Origin: Perkinsus chesapeaki ATCC PRA-425
Taxonomy: Eukaryota; Protista; Perkinsozoa
Length of the DNA stretch: 64,000 nucleotides
Assembly: GCA_013115145.1 (NCBI GenBank)
Contig: JAAPAO010000087.1
Span: 22,354-86,353, forward strand
Direction: 5' to 3'
Position numbers and translations under genes: made by a program. A model generated the notes under the pieces. That model was not told the origin of the DNA. It did no database searches and saw only the letters and a list, made by a program, of their open reading frames with translations. Every line of letters starts with the position of its first letter. The first letter of the stretch is position 1. This document shows positions 13,522 to 27,800 of this stretch, one piece after another.

Positions 13522-15034
13522 TCAGGAATTGACTTGATACGTATTATCTCCGTTGAATAAGTAAGCGGCAATTTGAGTAACTGCCGCGACAGCCGCATTT
13601 GTGTTGGCTTCTAAGGTCTGAGCACCCATCTTCTTTGGGGTCACGAGGACCTGAAGGAGCGCCACTCAACTATAGACGGGTTATAGACAACCGACCTGTG
13701 TAGCAAAACGGTCTTGTCCGAGAGCCTCCTGAATCTTGTCGAGATTAGAAGGTTGGATATCGGTGATGTAGGTGAGGTCGGGTCTAGCAGTGAGGACCTC
13801 TAGGAGAGCATCTTCATCTATAACCTAACAACATGAAGCACACTATACCCCATGAAGAGGCTACCACTGATCAAGGACAGGTAGTGCTGCAGGTTACAAA
13901 ACTACACAGAAGAAAAGGGGTCAAACCGCAGACGGGCGAGTGATAGTGAGCTCATGCGCATGTCGGCATATGAAAGGATTCTCACCTCCTTCCTCGCAGT
14001 GTTTACTAGCATTCCACCCTGCTTCATGGAATACAGCTTCTCACGATCCACACAACCCTAAAATACGATGCATGGGGACAGAAGACGACACAATGGAGCA
14101 TTGTCGATGTATAATAGTGATGAGTGATATCTATCTGAACGCCCAAGTACCCACCTTGGACTGGATGTTTGATGGCATATGAAGACTGACGACGTCGCAA
14201 TTTTGGAATAGTTCATGGGGAGAACTCAGCATGGTACATTTGTTATCTTGAGAGCGGCCAGATCTCGAGTAGCCAAAGCAACTGAGAAGCTAAGACATAC
14301 AGCAGGTATGGGTCGTTTGGTCGGCGCACGTCATGTGAAAGCCTCTAGCGATATCGCCCACGCTTGCTGCTATGCGACCGCATCCTACCAGGCCGATGCT
14401 TTTACCCCTGAAGAAGGACGTATGGCGGCAACATTGCGCAATAGTAACTTACTTTAGCTCAAAGCCAGACGAACCATCAAGGCGACGCCTGGCGTGATAC
14501 AGGAGAAGCCCGAATACCAGCTCGGCAACCGCATTTGCATTTTGGCCAGGAGTGTTCATCACGCATACTCCTGGAAAGATACAAGTCCAAACCCGAAACG
14601 AGTCCTGCAAGCGTGATGCAACAACTTACCTTTTCGTGTTGCTGCCTCGAGATCGACGTTGTCGTAGCCGGCTCCCGCTCTTACTATTATCTTCAAGTCC
14701 TGGGAAAAAACCCGAGAATAGCGGTACTCGGGGCAGCCGATGGTCCTTACGGGAGCATTGACGAAGAAGTCTGCATCTGCTGTGTCAGACCTTATAATAC
14801 ATCCTGTTGCACCGGCCAAAGCCGCATACAGTTCTTCACGAGATTTATATCTGTCAAAAGAAGGCAAATGAAGGCCAACTAGTCATGTGTATCTTACCCT
14901 TCCACTTTACGCAGAGAGAGCCCTAGCTCATCACAGGCTTTTGCGACGGCGTTGACAGCTTCCTTCGCGAAGGGCTTCACCGTGGCCAGCACTACAACTG
15001 GTGGAGGGGTAAGAGGTGACACCAAAGGACACAT
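13522..15034 (-). CDS. PHGDH: D-3-phosphoglycerate dehydrogenase, short type III with Lys at the catalytic His position
   Basis: Spliced protein reads VVLATVKPFAKEAV...GCIIRSD...KIIVRAGAGYDNVDL...VMNTPGQNANAVAEL...ELKGKSIGLVGCG...VIDEDALL...YITD...TPKKMGAQTLEANTNA...YQVNS*. There is no ACT domain. The start codon position is uncertain. Confidence 0.88.
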
Positions 15035-15864
15035 GTGAATGTTTAGTACAGAATCGAAACTACCCGATAAGACATGGCCATGTGCCGATCTACCATCAGG
15101 TCTCTCTGCATTTCCACACTAATAAAATGTTTAACTGTTAATTGTAATTGGTAAGAGGCAGACATTTTCCTCGGTCACGCCAGGTGACACATGTCACGCC
15201 CTACGGGTCGCACGTACATTGTTATAGAAACCTCCAAGGCTCCACTTCGCCACAGAGTTTCCTCATCTCTACCTACCGTGCGACCTAAGATACGCGAGTT
15301 TCAGCGATGTCAGATGATTGCGGTGGTATTTAACATGCTGCTGCACGACTTATTTCTTTCGGAAAGGTTGAATGTAATGTGGTGGATCCGAAAACCCCAG
15401 AGGACAAGAGCGATCAACGCAGGCGTCGAGTAACCTTTGGGCAGACTCCAGCTAAAAATCCAGACATTAACACGCGAGAAGCAGACGGCGCAGTCTGCTA
15501 TGGGATGCGGGAAACTAAACATAAAGTACATGTAGATGCGATAATAAGTTATGTTTAATGACCGCTCTGTGCGCGAGAACACTGCGCACAAAGAAGGCCA
15601 GACACACAACACAACTGCGGTCGAGGGCCTTCACTCGACGAGGGCCCAACACCTGAAATCATCCGATTGGCCCCCAAGTGCATAATCCCACTACGTAGAA
15701 CTAATACGCCTGATAGCCGTAGCAGGTGGGACGCAAGTGCACCCGATTGTCCCAGATGTGATTAGAAACTCAATGGCAAGAAACTCAAAGTGAGCGGCGG
15801 CGGCGGTGATCATAGAATGGTACAGCATATCGGTGATAAAATATGTGAATTTACGTATGAATAG

Positions 15865-18800
15865 TTACAGCCAGGGCATCCAGTCATAGGGAGCGGCCGA
15901 GGCAATCTCAGTCTCGTTCCTTGCTCTCTCAATGAGCTCGGCTATGTGATGCCCATAAGCTCGAATATCACCACCCGGCTGGGCAATGAAGTCCAGCCTT
16001 TGTCCAACCAGGACAATGCGCCGTTCAACTTCGACAGATATCTCCGTACTCGACAGGGCTTGTGGGTTACTAAAATGAATACAAGTGTGACAGGCGGTCT
16101 CCATCTGTAGCGAAGTGCTCACCTTGAAAGTTGCGAGCGCAGCTCCAAGCGGACGGCATCAAGGAAGGGTTCCTTGTGTTCGGCCAAGCATTCAGCGAGA
16201 GCGATCATAACAGCTGGCATTGTTGCCGACCAGTTACGGTCCCCAAGAAGGTCGCATAGGCCCCTTGTGAGCCGGAAGGGTATAGGATGCAGACTGTGTC
16301 CTATCTCCCAACTCTTTACGGATGACAGCGGCGCAGAGCCTGAACGAACAATTCAACAACGGGGATGCTACTTGGGAAGGACATACCGGGAAGAGTCGTT
16401 GAGAGGATGAATTCATCTGGATGAACCGAGGTAGGATCGCTGCCGAGGATGAAGCTCATAACAGAGGTCAAGCCCAGTTGGCTGGCAAGCTCCTCCAGTA
16501 GCTTGGTTGCTGCAGCATGACTAGTTCCTGCCGCCAAGCCATATGCAGCTCGGCAACTTCTGAATACAGATTCCTTTATAGTGCTTGAGGGTATAACAGG
16601 TAGAGGAGATGATTGGCAGCCTCCAATGATGCAAGTGTAAGATCTAAAAAATAAGAGAACGACTATAAAATCAGAAATAATAATGGAGGACTACTTGCTA
16701 TCAAACGAGGAGTTAGTAGCATCCCTCTCGACGCACTTAGCAATGAGTGTGTCTACGTCGGTGATTTCCATAATACTCTGTTGTATGGTAGTGTACCATC
16801 CAACTCCACAAGTAGACTCCTCCAACCAGCAGTTCTTCGAAGGCAATGGTATGAATTCTACACAGTGCATGCGAGCCAGGCACGGGCTGATTGTCGCGGG
16901 ATCAGTCGACTTCTGTATGAAGCCGTTGATTGAACCAACGAGCTGTCCAGGTCCGCCGCTGAGGCGGGGCAGAGAAGTACCGTTGTTGACTGATCGAGCA
17001 CTTCTAGCAACCCAGTAGTATCGACGACCATTGCTGCCTATAAGGGCTATCTGCCGAACCTTCGGAGCCAATGGACTTCTACCCGACCCCGCAGGAGTAA
17101 CATACGACACCTCTCCAACCACTCCAGCGAGAGTGATGAAGTTTCGACTACCGACAAGAGCCATGCCCGGTCCAGAGAGAAGCGACCGGTTTTGACATAG
17201 AGTGAGCCAGGGGACTTCGAGATGCTCTCCCCATTGGGAGTTCTTCAACGCTTCGAAGGAAGCGATCGAAGGAGTGCAGCTCTGTTGATACTCCTGACAC
17301 TTGCCGAGGATCTCACTGCAGAAGGCCTCCCGTTCCTCTACAACAGCCAAGTCTCGGCCCTCTGTTGATATCTCAGCAACTGAGGCCAAGCGAAGCAGCC
17401 CATCAACTGGTGGCATTGGCTCCTTCGGACGCCTTCTTATTGCCGATAGCATCTCAGCAGCTTCATCGGCTACAGCTTCTATCGGTCTAGGAGCCATACA
17501 CTTCAGCAAATCCTCCGACAGGCTGATGCACCGAGGAGCCAAACACTTGATAACCTGCATAATCTCTGTGCATGCCGTGTGTGCCCTTATGCTCTGCTGG
17601 TCGTCCAAGTCGGCCTTCTGAGCGGAAAATGCCGCAAGGCGGTAATATACCTTCTGAGGGTGCTTCCCTGCTAGAGCAAGGAGGAGCATCTTGGCACATT
17701 CGTGGGCCTCAACATCAGTACCATCAACCATGATATCGAGCAATCTCGGTAGCCATCTCAGCCAGACAGCCAGAGGAACCTCCACTGCATAAGTCTTGAA
17801 AGCAGTCGAGACCGAGTCGTTGTTCTTCCTGCCCATCAGCTCGCGAAGTACTCTCGGTATAAAGTTATAGGCCAGGCTGGAGTCCAGTCCAACTGCCTGG
17901 AGAGCAGCCGTAACAGCTGCTGCTCGGGCCGATAGATCACCCTCGCGCAGCCATAGAAGGTTAGATAGGTTCTCCCAAGAAGAGGTGCATGTCGGATCTA
18001 GTGCCAGCGACGTTGCATAAAGCTGCTCCGCTGATGCGCCAGCACCGAGGCCGTGATGGATGTTACCCTCGAGGGACACGATCTGAGCGACTTGCTTTGT
18101 GGTAAGAGTGTCTATCCAGGATGCCGAATTAAGGGATGTCAGGGTCCGACGCTGCTGTTCCGCATTCCCCGAGGTAAGCGCAAGTTTTGTGCCCTCGATG
18201 ACACTCCAGACTCGTTCGTCAAGGCAACCTTGATAGTTTCCAGACCGCCTCTCAACGGCATATCCCTCCAGGAAGTGGTGAGACACCAGTGGGAGGCCGA
18301 GGCGTCTGGCAGCCATCGACATACGAATCTGAAAGAGCAATGACGGAAGTAAGCTCGCTGAAGTTGACGTACATTCGACCAGGCTGAATCCTGAACGTAG
18401 GGTGAGTGGATAGGCTGCAGCCCTTGATTCCCGCGAACGGCCGCCACGTCACTTGGTAGGTTAGTCTCGGAAGGATCGACATCTCTAACAGTGAATGGGT
18501 TGAACAACAATTAACGCGACATGGTGGTAGTTCACCTGCAGAGCCGCTTGGCCAGATGGAAGGCGAACTGACGCCAAGTGAAGACCTCCCCCCAAACGCT
18601 CATCGGTTCGACACGAGCAGGGACACGGCTGCGCCAGATCTCAAGCTGTTCACTGAGGTCTGGCACCGCACATACCTTACTCGAGGGAACCTTGGCTTGG
18701 CCGGGGGCAGAGTTAAAGTGGGGCAGGCCCATGGCAACAACCTGATGATGATGATGATGCACTCGATGACACCTCGAGAGCGCTAAAAGCGGCTGAGCAC

Positions 18801-21800
18801 CTGTCGGAGCTGGTCCAACATTTGGGAGGCCTCTTGTAGCTCGGTAAACTGCTGAAGCATTGGGATAACATCATGGCTCTGCCCCATACCGATATCAATC
18901 GGCATTGTCGGAGCCCGAATACCGCAGCTGCAGGCACTAAGGCTACCACCAACCTCTGAGATATAGGCATATGAATTTAAAAAGTATTATCGAACTTCAT
19001 TACTCCCCATCCACATATTGAGCAGTTGATTCCAAACACGCTGATTTGTTTGTTCGACGTCTAAAAGCATCTCACTCTTCTTCTTCTGGCTATCCGGACC
19101 AGCGATATTGTCATACTGGCTGTGAGCAAAGTACGCCGATCGGAGCTTCATTTGAGGGTAGCTGGACCAATCATACTTGCTGACGCTATCTTGGATAGTC
19201 TTCCAGTCTTGTACACGAGAAGCCATCTCCAGCTCGAGTAAGGGTCGGTCGCCGAATATATAGGATTCCTCCCCTTTGCCGTTGACGCTCCACCAAGTAA
19301 GCTCCTTTGTACAGGACTCCCAAACGGACATTGCAGTCTTAACACTTTCATCATCTACCCGAGTTTGACCAGGGAAATGCTGTTGCTGATTGATCCAAGC
19401 TTCTATCAAGGACTGGGCGTCGACCCAACGGCCATGACGAGCAAGCGTGTCCGCCTGCAACACGCCATCTTCGACACCCATGGCACGCCGAGCCCAGATT
19501 TCCGTGTCAGCATCACCTGTACGGCGGCAAAGGTCCAGTATAGCCCACCAAGATTCCATCGCGGGAACATCGTCATTTCCTACAGCCATCTGCTGCAAGG
19601 CTTCGGATGCTAGGGACCAGCAGCGATGGTCACATGCACACTGTATGAGAACGAGTGGATCTATACCGTCGGACCCGTCGCAGCGATTTAGGCCAAGTAG
19701 GAGAGTCTGCGGAACGCTAGGGTTAAGCGCGCTTTGACGGCCAAGTAAGGTGATTTCTCCTAGTAAATGCTGGCATGCTCGGATGGTCCTGTGAGTGGCA
19801 AGTTGAGGGAATACTTCAGACCAGACCTCGGAGGCAACATCCACCGAAGAACTGTAGACCTCGTGCATCGTTATCAGCCTCTGCGATGGATCCGACACCT
19901 TCTCAATCGCTTCCTTCACTTCCGCCGGTAACATAGTGCAATCGCTGCCGCCAGCGGGTGTGAGCTCAAGCAGCTGTGTTGGTAGGAGCACAAGATCGAG
20001 GAGCACTGGTATGAAATATCGGTCGCTGACGCATTCCCAGTTGAGGCGTGCCAACGCCCACACCAATCTATCCTCAATTCGGGAATGAGCAGACTCAGGC
20101 ATAAAGTTGTCGACTATGCACTGTATACATCGTTTCCGCACATCACAGTCCCAACTGGTGCATCCAACGAGGAGGCAGGAGATGGCCAACTCAGCGGAAT
20201 CTATCTCAAGATCTCCAGGGCCGACCGTATGCCTCAAATACTCGCACAGTGGGCACACAACTTCCGTTATAATTATCCTATACAGCAGTGACCGCGATGC
20301 CACCGGCCACATGCCTCTGGCATTGGGCTCGCCATATCGACCAGATACAAGACCAACAGTAGCTGGGGTAGGCAGACCAGCTTGAGGGATGAAGTTGTAC
20401 AGCCGTTCTGACGTTACTTGATCACAGGCGCGGAGAGTTTGCATACCGTCAACGGCCCTAGCAAGGCGCAATAGTGAATCCAAGCCGTCCTCGAGAACTG
20501 CTTCTTCTCTATGGGTTTCCCAAAGGCCGGTAAAGGCACCAGGACGAGTATCATGCAACCACTTCCCTAAGGCAGACAGACCGTCTGAATCAGACTCATC
20601 TGCTAGGACAAGGGGGTCATCAGTTAGGAAAGCCTCACCCATAATGCACCGCTTGAAGCTCTGAGCACAGAATACCAGTAGCGGTACAAGCACCAAAGGC
20701 TGAAGAACAGCTGGAACACCGTAGGTCTGCATAGTGGCGCTATGATTAGAAGATGACGGTAGTATATGATAATACTGCAACACATTAACAATGGAACCGC
20801 TTGAACCTTGCGTATCTTGGGCTAAAGTCACTAAGGGGCTTAGAACCTCCAAAACGAATACCAGCAATGCCTGGAATTCATGATGCTCTGGCGTCGGCAA
20901 CTGTGATACTTTCTTATCTGGACTTGTAGTTGAGGTAGTAGTAGCGGTACGGAGTATTAAACCCTTGTGTGGGAGACCAAGAATAGCCAGACTGTAGAGT
21001 CGTACAGCCCGAGCGAGTGCATTGGGTAAAGCCTCGATCTGAGCTAACCAACCGCTACCAGCGTAAGAGTGAACCAGCTTAGAAGGATCTATTCCCATAT
21101 CCAAGTCGTCAGGGCTGCTCCCTACCGCCAAGAGACCTCCGAGTTGAAGAGCCAATCGATCCTTAGCCTCTTGGAGCAAGAGCTGATGGATAGCCTTTGG
21201 GGTGATAACGGTGACCAACTCGAAGATACCAGCTTTGGTAGCCCTTTTCAGTCCACTACGGAAACACTCCAACCACGCGGCGGCGATGTCCGGCTCTACA
21301 GACGTGACGAGTGCCTCAAATGCTTTCATACCAGCTGTTGGTGTTACACAGAAGTTTTGAGAACCTTCCTTGGATCCTGGCACGACACTAGGGACATATG
21401 AACCAACACCCTTGCTCTTATGCTTAGTCAACACAGCTAGTGAGGATGCAATTCCATCTGTCAGGGTCATATAAAAGCCCACAATAACTTCACTGTCTAT
21501 AGCTTGACCATCAAATACGCTGCTCTGGTGGCGATAGGAGACGGGACTACTTCTGGGATTGCCAGATCCTTTACACCGCTCAAGTATAGCCTCGGGGGAC
21601 AGAGGGCACGGCATCCGTGGAACAATAACCCTCAGCAATGCTGCCAGCTCTGTTGATATAGACTTCTCAGTTGTTATAAGAGACAAGCTCAAACATTGAT
21701 GACAAAACTCCACCAGTTTTGATGACTCCTTAGCCGCACCAGGGGCCATAACACGGATAAGTCTTATAGAAGTCGCCAGTATCCTGTTGTACCGATTGAG

Positions 21801-24800
21801 CTCCTCACGATAGTTGAGATCAGCCTTATTGGCCGCACCGGCATCAGCGGGGCTACCGTTAGAGGGGGTAGTAAAGGTCTTCATGATGACAGATTGAGCC
21901 GCAACACGAGACATAGGAGTATCCAGGGTTACTGCTACCGCCTTGGGGAATCGACTATTAATCTCGGCAAACTTCTGAATACAAGTGTTCGTCAGACTAC
22001 CAGCACATGCTCCTAGATGAGTTGCCGTCCCTAGAAGATGAGGGGCAGACGACATTGGGGGCATCGCCGGATTACCACCTGGTTGTGTTGGGTTCTCACA
22101 CACTGCCCCCAATGAGCAGTTGGGATATGCCGAAACAGATTCTGCCTTGAGCTGGGTGGTGACGATGTGATCAGGAGATGCTCTTGATACATTATACCTG
22201 CTCAAAGGGTCCTCAAATGCAGAAGTCGAGTAAGCCGTTGATATCGCCATGTGGAGGTAGAACTCAGCCAGAGATGCTAGTGCCGAATCGGAGTCCACAC
22301 CTTTGGATTTATTCGGACTGACCAGGATTGAAAATAGGCAATCCGAAATATCGAGGGACAGTCGACGACAATTAAGTTCATGCTCACTGAGTTTCGTAGA
22401 CTCAAACTCCATAGCAGCACCAAAGCGCCACATAGCATGCAGCCCTGGTTGAATCAATTCGGCGGCGAGGTCGGCGAACAGCTCCTTGCAACCTATGATA
22501 GTCTTCCACCCAAATATGCACCCTGCCGATTCTATATGACCATCAGATACCAAATCCAGTATACCCTTACGCCAGTCGGCGGGGGCATCACCGCTGGAAG
22601 AGGGCACTGAAGGGGTCGATGTCCTCGACAAGATCCTCAGAAACTGATCAAATGCCTGATTGATTAGTAGAGGAAGCTGGTCCTTGAGCATGCCTTCAGC
22701 TGGACTATCCGGCCTTAGCATGCGGGCCCGCATGATCTCCAAAATGTTTCTACAGGCATCTTGTGAATCAGACTGGGTTTGGCCAACCAGCTTAACAAGC
22801 GCCTCGAAGCTCCATCGAGAACCAGCAATAGCTTGAGAGTTACGTAGCATGTCCAGGCAGGAAGAAATGAGGCTTTCTCTCAGCAATTCCATTTCACTTC
22901 TCTTGGATTCAGGACATATTTTCAATAGGTGAAGGGACAGCTTCATGCTGCCCACCTTCAACGCTTCGGACTGGACACGGAACTTGCCCTCTGAGAAAAG
23001 CTTATCTGTGACCCCCTTCAAATCCATCACGTGAAGACATTCTTCGGTGATAAGTGGACAAAGAAAATCCAATACGACCAGCTTGAAGTTGACTTTGATG
23101 TTAGCAATGTCGAAACAGTCTAGCAATAAATGGAGTAAGGTAGCCGTCTCTTCTGATGACCATCTAGAAGGTGCACCCATCCACTCAGTGACAGAGGTAG
23201 TATTCCAGGCTTTGCTGTCCAAACACATCAAACTACAGAGCTGCAAGATAACATTCATTCTCATAGGGTCGTTCGACTGTACAATTGGTGAGCGTAGAAA
23301 GGACACGTAGCAGGCGGCAAGATGACTTGTGATAGTGGCATTGACCAAGGGCGAAGCCGAGGCTTTCCAGCTTATTGGTGCCGACCCTTTGCCACTGACC
23401 ATACCAAATTTAGCCAATATACTGATGAGACAGAAGTTGTCACAGGGAACGTAGTTGTTGGCCAAGAAGTCATCGTCGGCCTCACACAAACCAGCGACCA
23501 GCTTCACCGCGGAGGTGACCACGTTAAGTTGTAAGGGAGTAAGCTTCTCAATGGTATTGCAGTCTTCAGGGATACCAGCGTCCTTCAAGGCCGATGCAAC
23601 AGCAGCAGGAACGCATTGCTCCATGCTCTCCAGTAAAGAACACCACCTAGTCGGCGTAGAGTAGGCCTTGGACAACAAAGCCTCGACGTGCGACACAAGC
23701 GATGTCATGCTATTGGCCAGCATAGCCCTTTCACCGGCAACATCGTGAGACTTCTGTCTAGGACTTGGTGGCTGTGATTGGGTGGACAAGATGATTCTCA
23801 TAATATACCGAGAAGCTGGAGCAGCCCAGTCGTTGAGGAGATCGAGCAGTACCTCACTGAAGGGATCGAAGAGCACGGACTCTTGATTGGTCATGAAGGG
23901 AAGGCCGCGGTCCAATAACCGTATCACCACTGGAGTTATCCTAGTTATAGCTGAGGTAACGTGAACCTCATCCTGGGGCTTAACCACAGCCGAGAAGGCT
24001 CGGATGAGTACAATACACTCGCACAAATCAGCTCGCGCCAAACCCGTTTGCCGAGCCATTGTCATACCGACACCCTGATTAACGGGATTCTCGTCAAGCG
24101 AGGACGGACCTCTGAATAACCAAGTTCCGCCGCCAGGTGCATTTGCATGTGAGTCACTTAGACTACCGATAGACGTCCGAGCTAATGCCCCACAAATGAT
24201 ATCTAATCTCCCGATCAGCGAATCACGGGCCCATGTAGCGACTTGGCTATCGGCGTCTTTAGGGCTTAAAAGAATAGCTAAGACTCGGCAGAACTGTTTT
24301 GTTGCAATTGCAGGGTCGACCCAAGGATTATCGGGATGAACTCTGAGCAAATCCAAAAGTGAGCGTAGGAGAGGATTAATGATGGATCTCGAAAGAGTCG
24401 CCGAGAATGAGATAGTCGATATATCAGATACCACTTGAAGGGCATAGAAAGCAGCATCGATAACAGCGGGCTTATAGTTAGAGGTAACAAGTAGCCTCCG
24501 AAGTAGCCACAAAGTGACCCACTCTCGCAAGCAACATCGATGGGGCCGAGGTTTGGTATCTGCCCCACTTGTGGTAGGCTGCAAATTAGGCTCCATTGAA
24601 CACGAGCACAGGCCTGGCTGATTGACTAGGCCATGGAGCTCAGAGTTTACCAACAGCAGCTTTGATGCTCGAATGGCGAGGACCATAATCCGATTGTCCT
24701 CCAAGTTGAAGAACACAGGCGTTACTCGGGGGTTCCGGATGGAAGGCTTCCCCAGCAGGAGGCTATTAGCCGGCGGATTAGCATCATCTAACTCGTTCAG

Positions 24801-27800
24801 CATGTCCAGAAAGTCATGTGATAGCCACCGAGTCAATGCCTTGTTGAAGGGGGGCTTCTGGCATGAAAGGACTACACATAGCGCTTGCAGAGCTGACTGA
24901 ATACCAGGTGTGGTCTCGGCAACGTTCTGGATGAAAATCCGCGAGAGCGGTACATTTTCCTCCAGTATTCCCGCTAGACTCCGCTTAACCTTAGCAGCGT
25001 ATTTGGTTAGTGCAGCTTCCGCAAGAGGGGTCTCATTGCAGGGCCGAAGAATGGACGCGACCATGACCTCAACCAGATCCGATGATTCCCGTTCGACCAG
25101 ATTTATACAAACATCAATTACAGCCTCAGAAATTCTGCGGGCATCGAGCCACTCCGGAGATCCACCCATGCCACGGATGGCATTATCGTTGAGCTCCAAA
25201 GCGGCCTTTGTGGCATTAACGATCATATCCTCAGAGACTGCCTCACCGTCAGCTTCAAGAATCGACAGAACAATCTTTCCAGAGAAGGACCTCCTCGAAC
25301 AGGTTGTCCCACTTATCATACCATCGATGGCGAAGTCCATGACAATGGCACGAGTGCTGACGTCATGAGATGCCACTAACATCATGCATCGCCTAATAAC
25401 TTCCGATATATTGTTAAAAGCTTGATGGTTGTCAGCTAGTCCAAGTAGACTAGATACCAACACCTTCGCTTGTGCCTCCCCATGCTCTATCCTAGCAGTA
25501 ACTGCGGCATGCAAGCACTCCTCAGCTGCAACACCAATCTCCTCCGGAAGGGAGCATTCTTTACACACAACCACGCTCAATACTAGCCCTTCCATACAGC
25601 GTGACAGCAACCAAGCACTCAGGATTTTATTTTCATCGTAAATGCCCAACTGAGCCGCCATTGTCTGGCATAGTACCACCGCTGTCAACAGCTTACGCTT
25701 AGGGGGCGGCGGTGACTCCTCGAGAATTGTGGTGAACGGTGTACCATCACTACGCATCCATTTCTTAACTTGGATTGCGTGAGATCGGAGCAGATCAAGC
25801 GCAAGCTTCCAGGCTCCGTCCGGTGGTAGAGCAATCAGTGACGCACTGTTGCCGTGACCTGTCTTGATCGTGAAAGACAACTGCTGCAGTTCCTCTTCGC
25901 CACCGCCCACTTCAGCGTAGCTCTTCTGGGGGCGCATCTCGCAGGTGACGCCATCAGCATTGCTTAATACACTACAGCGTGTGCCAAGCTTCCCAAAAGC
26001 TTTGAACGCCCTTATTGCGATTGCCTGTGAGTGATGTTGAGCATGGACAATCTCCCCCGGTGGAGGTACAGTCAGCTTCATCAGCGCTGAAAGGACCGTA
26101 TTAGGGGACACTTCCCCCAGGCCACGCCAAGCACTAGTTGACACATTCGACTCAGCTATCAGGGCCGGATGCAAGATATCATGGTGAAGATTAAGGCAAT
26201 GGTCCAAGAAGGCTAGGGCCTGCACGGTGAGCTCAGGGCCATGCGGAAGCCTCGTAGAGTCGGTAATGTCCAACCTATTATAATCATGCTCCAGTGCCTT
26301 CGTCAAGATAGGTATGAGCTTGTTGAGCCTCGGAGCCATATGAGCCTTGAAGTCCACAGGTATTGAAAGGGATATCTCGAGAAGTGCAGATCGACACCAC
26401 TCCGGCAAGGAGCTTCCAGGGACCGATGTGAGTTCAGTGACATAATCGATGATAGGATCGATAAGCTCCTGCATCTCCCGTATATCGAAAAGGTTGCCGC
26501 CCTTAGTAATAGCACGGAAGGCTGTTTTCACTATACCAACAACATTATTAGGTTCACCAGCCAAGGTAGACTGTGCTAGCTGTAGACACTCACAGACAAT
26601 GTCTGATATCTGCGGTGCCATTGTCGGGCCTCCACTCGTCGAGAAATGGGCAACACACTTCACCACCCATTTATAGAGCCTCAGTAAAACGCTTCCACTA
26701 TCGAATGTAAAGCACGTATTAGGCATGCTGTCACAGTTCTCTCGGAGACCATAGAACTCGACACACTTGATGTAGGAGTCATCGGGGCTATTACCTGCCT
26801 GGAAGGCAATCTCACATGGTTGAGGAGCCACATCCCCTCCAAGCAGCCGCCCAAACGGTTCGCGGTATGCCTCAAAACGGTCAAGCCGAGTCTGCTCAAC
26901 AGTACGCTCTGCACCGGGGCGATCAGCAGGCTCCGTTTGGGTGTCGAGGAATCTATCTACAACTTGGTATCGGGGATTGAACCACTTCCGTGGTATACCA
27001 GAACTCATAGCTTCGGGATCTTTCTCGTTGAAGGCAAAGATATCCTCAATGCGATGTACCGATAATGCTACTAGTATTTCGGTGAATGCAGGACTGGTAT
27101 AGGCTTGGGACATGAACTGCTGAGTTAGAACGAGAGCGATGTTATTAACGGATACCACTCTTAGCAGCCAACTGAAGCGATACGCGAATAAATCGGTAAA
27201 GGTGGTTTTATTGAGGTGCTGGAAGACCCCGCCAAACGCATCCAGCAAGGCCTGCTCTTCTGCATTGCTGCTCTGCACCATCATAGCAAACATACCCTCC
27301 GCAGTGAAGGCCTTCTGATCACCCATTTGAAGTAGAGTATCCGACTCTGGCTTTCTCTCATGCAGATTCATACTTGTCGCCAAGTGCTGTAGTGACGTTG
27401 CAGTTGCCACAAGATGACACATCTTCATACCGCCAACAAGATACCTATCTAACATTTCCAAAGACTGTCTTGAACGAGCCACTGATGTTGGACACTTATT
27501 AGCCATACACCAGAATATGGGCTTTGATAGGCTTATTAACGCCCTAGCCAGCTCCCGTAATTGGGCCACTCCAGTCACTATTGTTGCCAAAGGTATCACA
27601 GGCAATGCTTTATTCGATTGTTGGTCAGAAGAATGCCCTACATTTAAAGAGGCTGCTATCCCCTTATTATCAACAGCGCATGCAGCCCAGTCACACTGAG
27701 GTGCCAAAAGCCTCATAATTTCAGCGATCGTCATCCACGTGTTATTAACCTTTCCTCTAGCTCTCTCCGCCCAGCGTAAAACAATAGAAGGGATACGAGC

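Noticed and set aside
15120-15860. Possible small gene between PGDH and TRRAP
   Set aside because: Several candidate frames on both strands, none completing or matching a known family.
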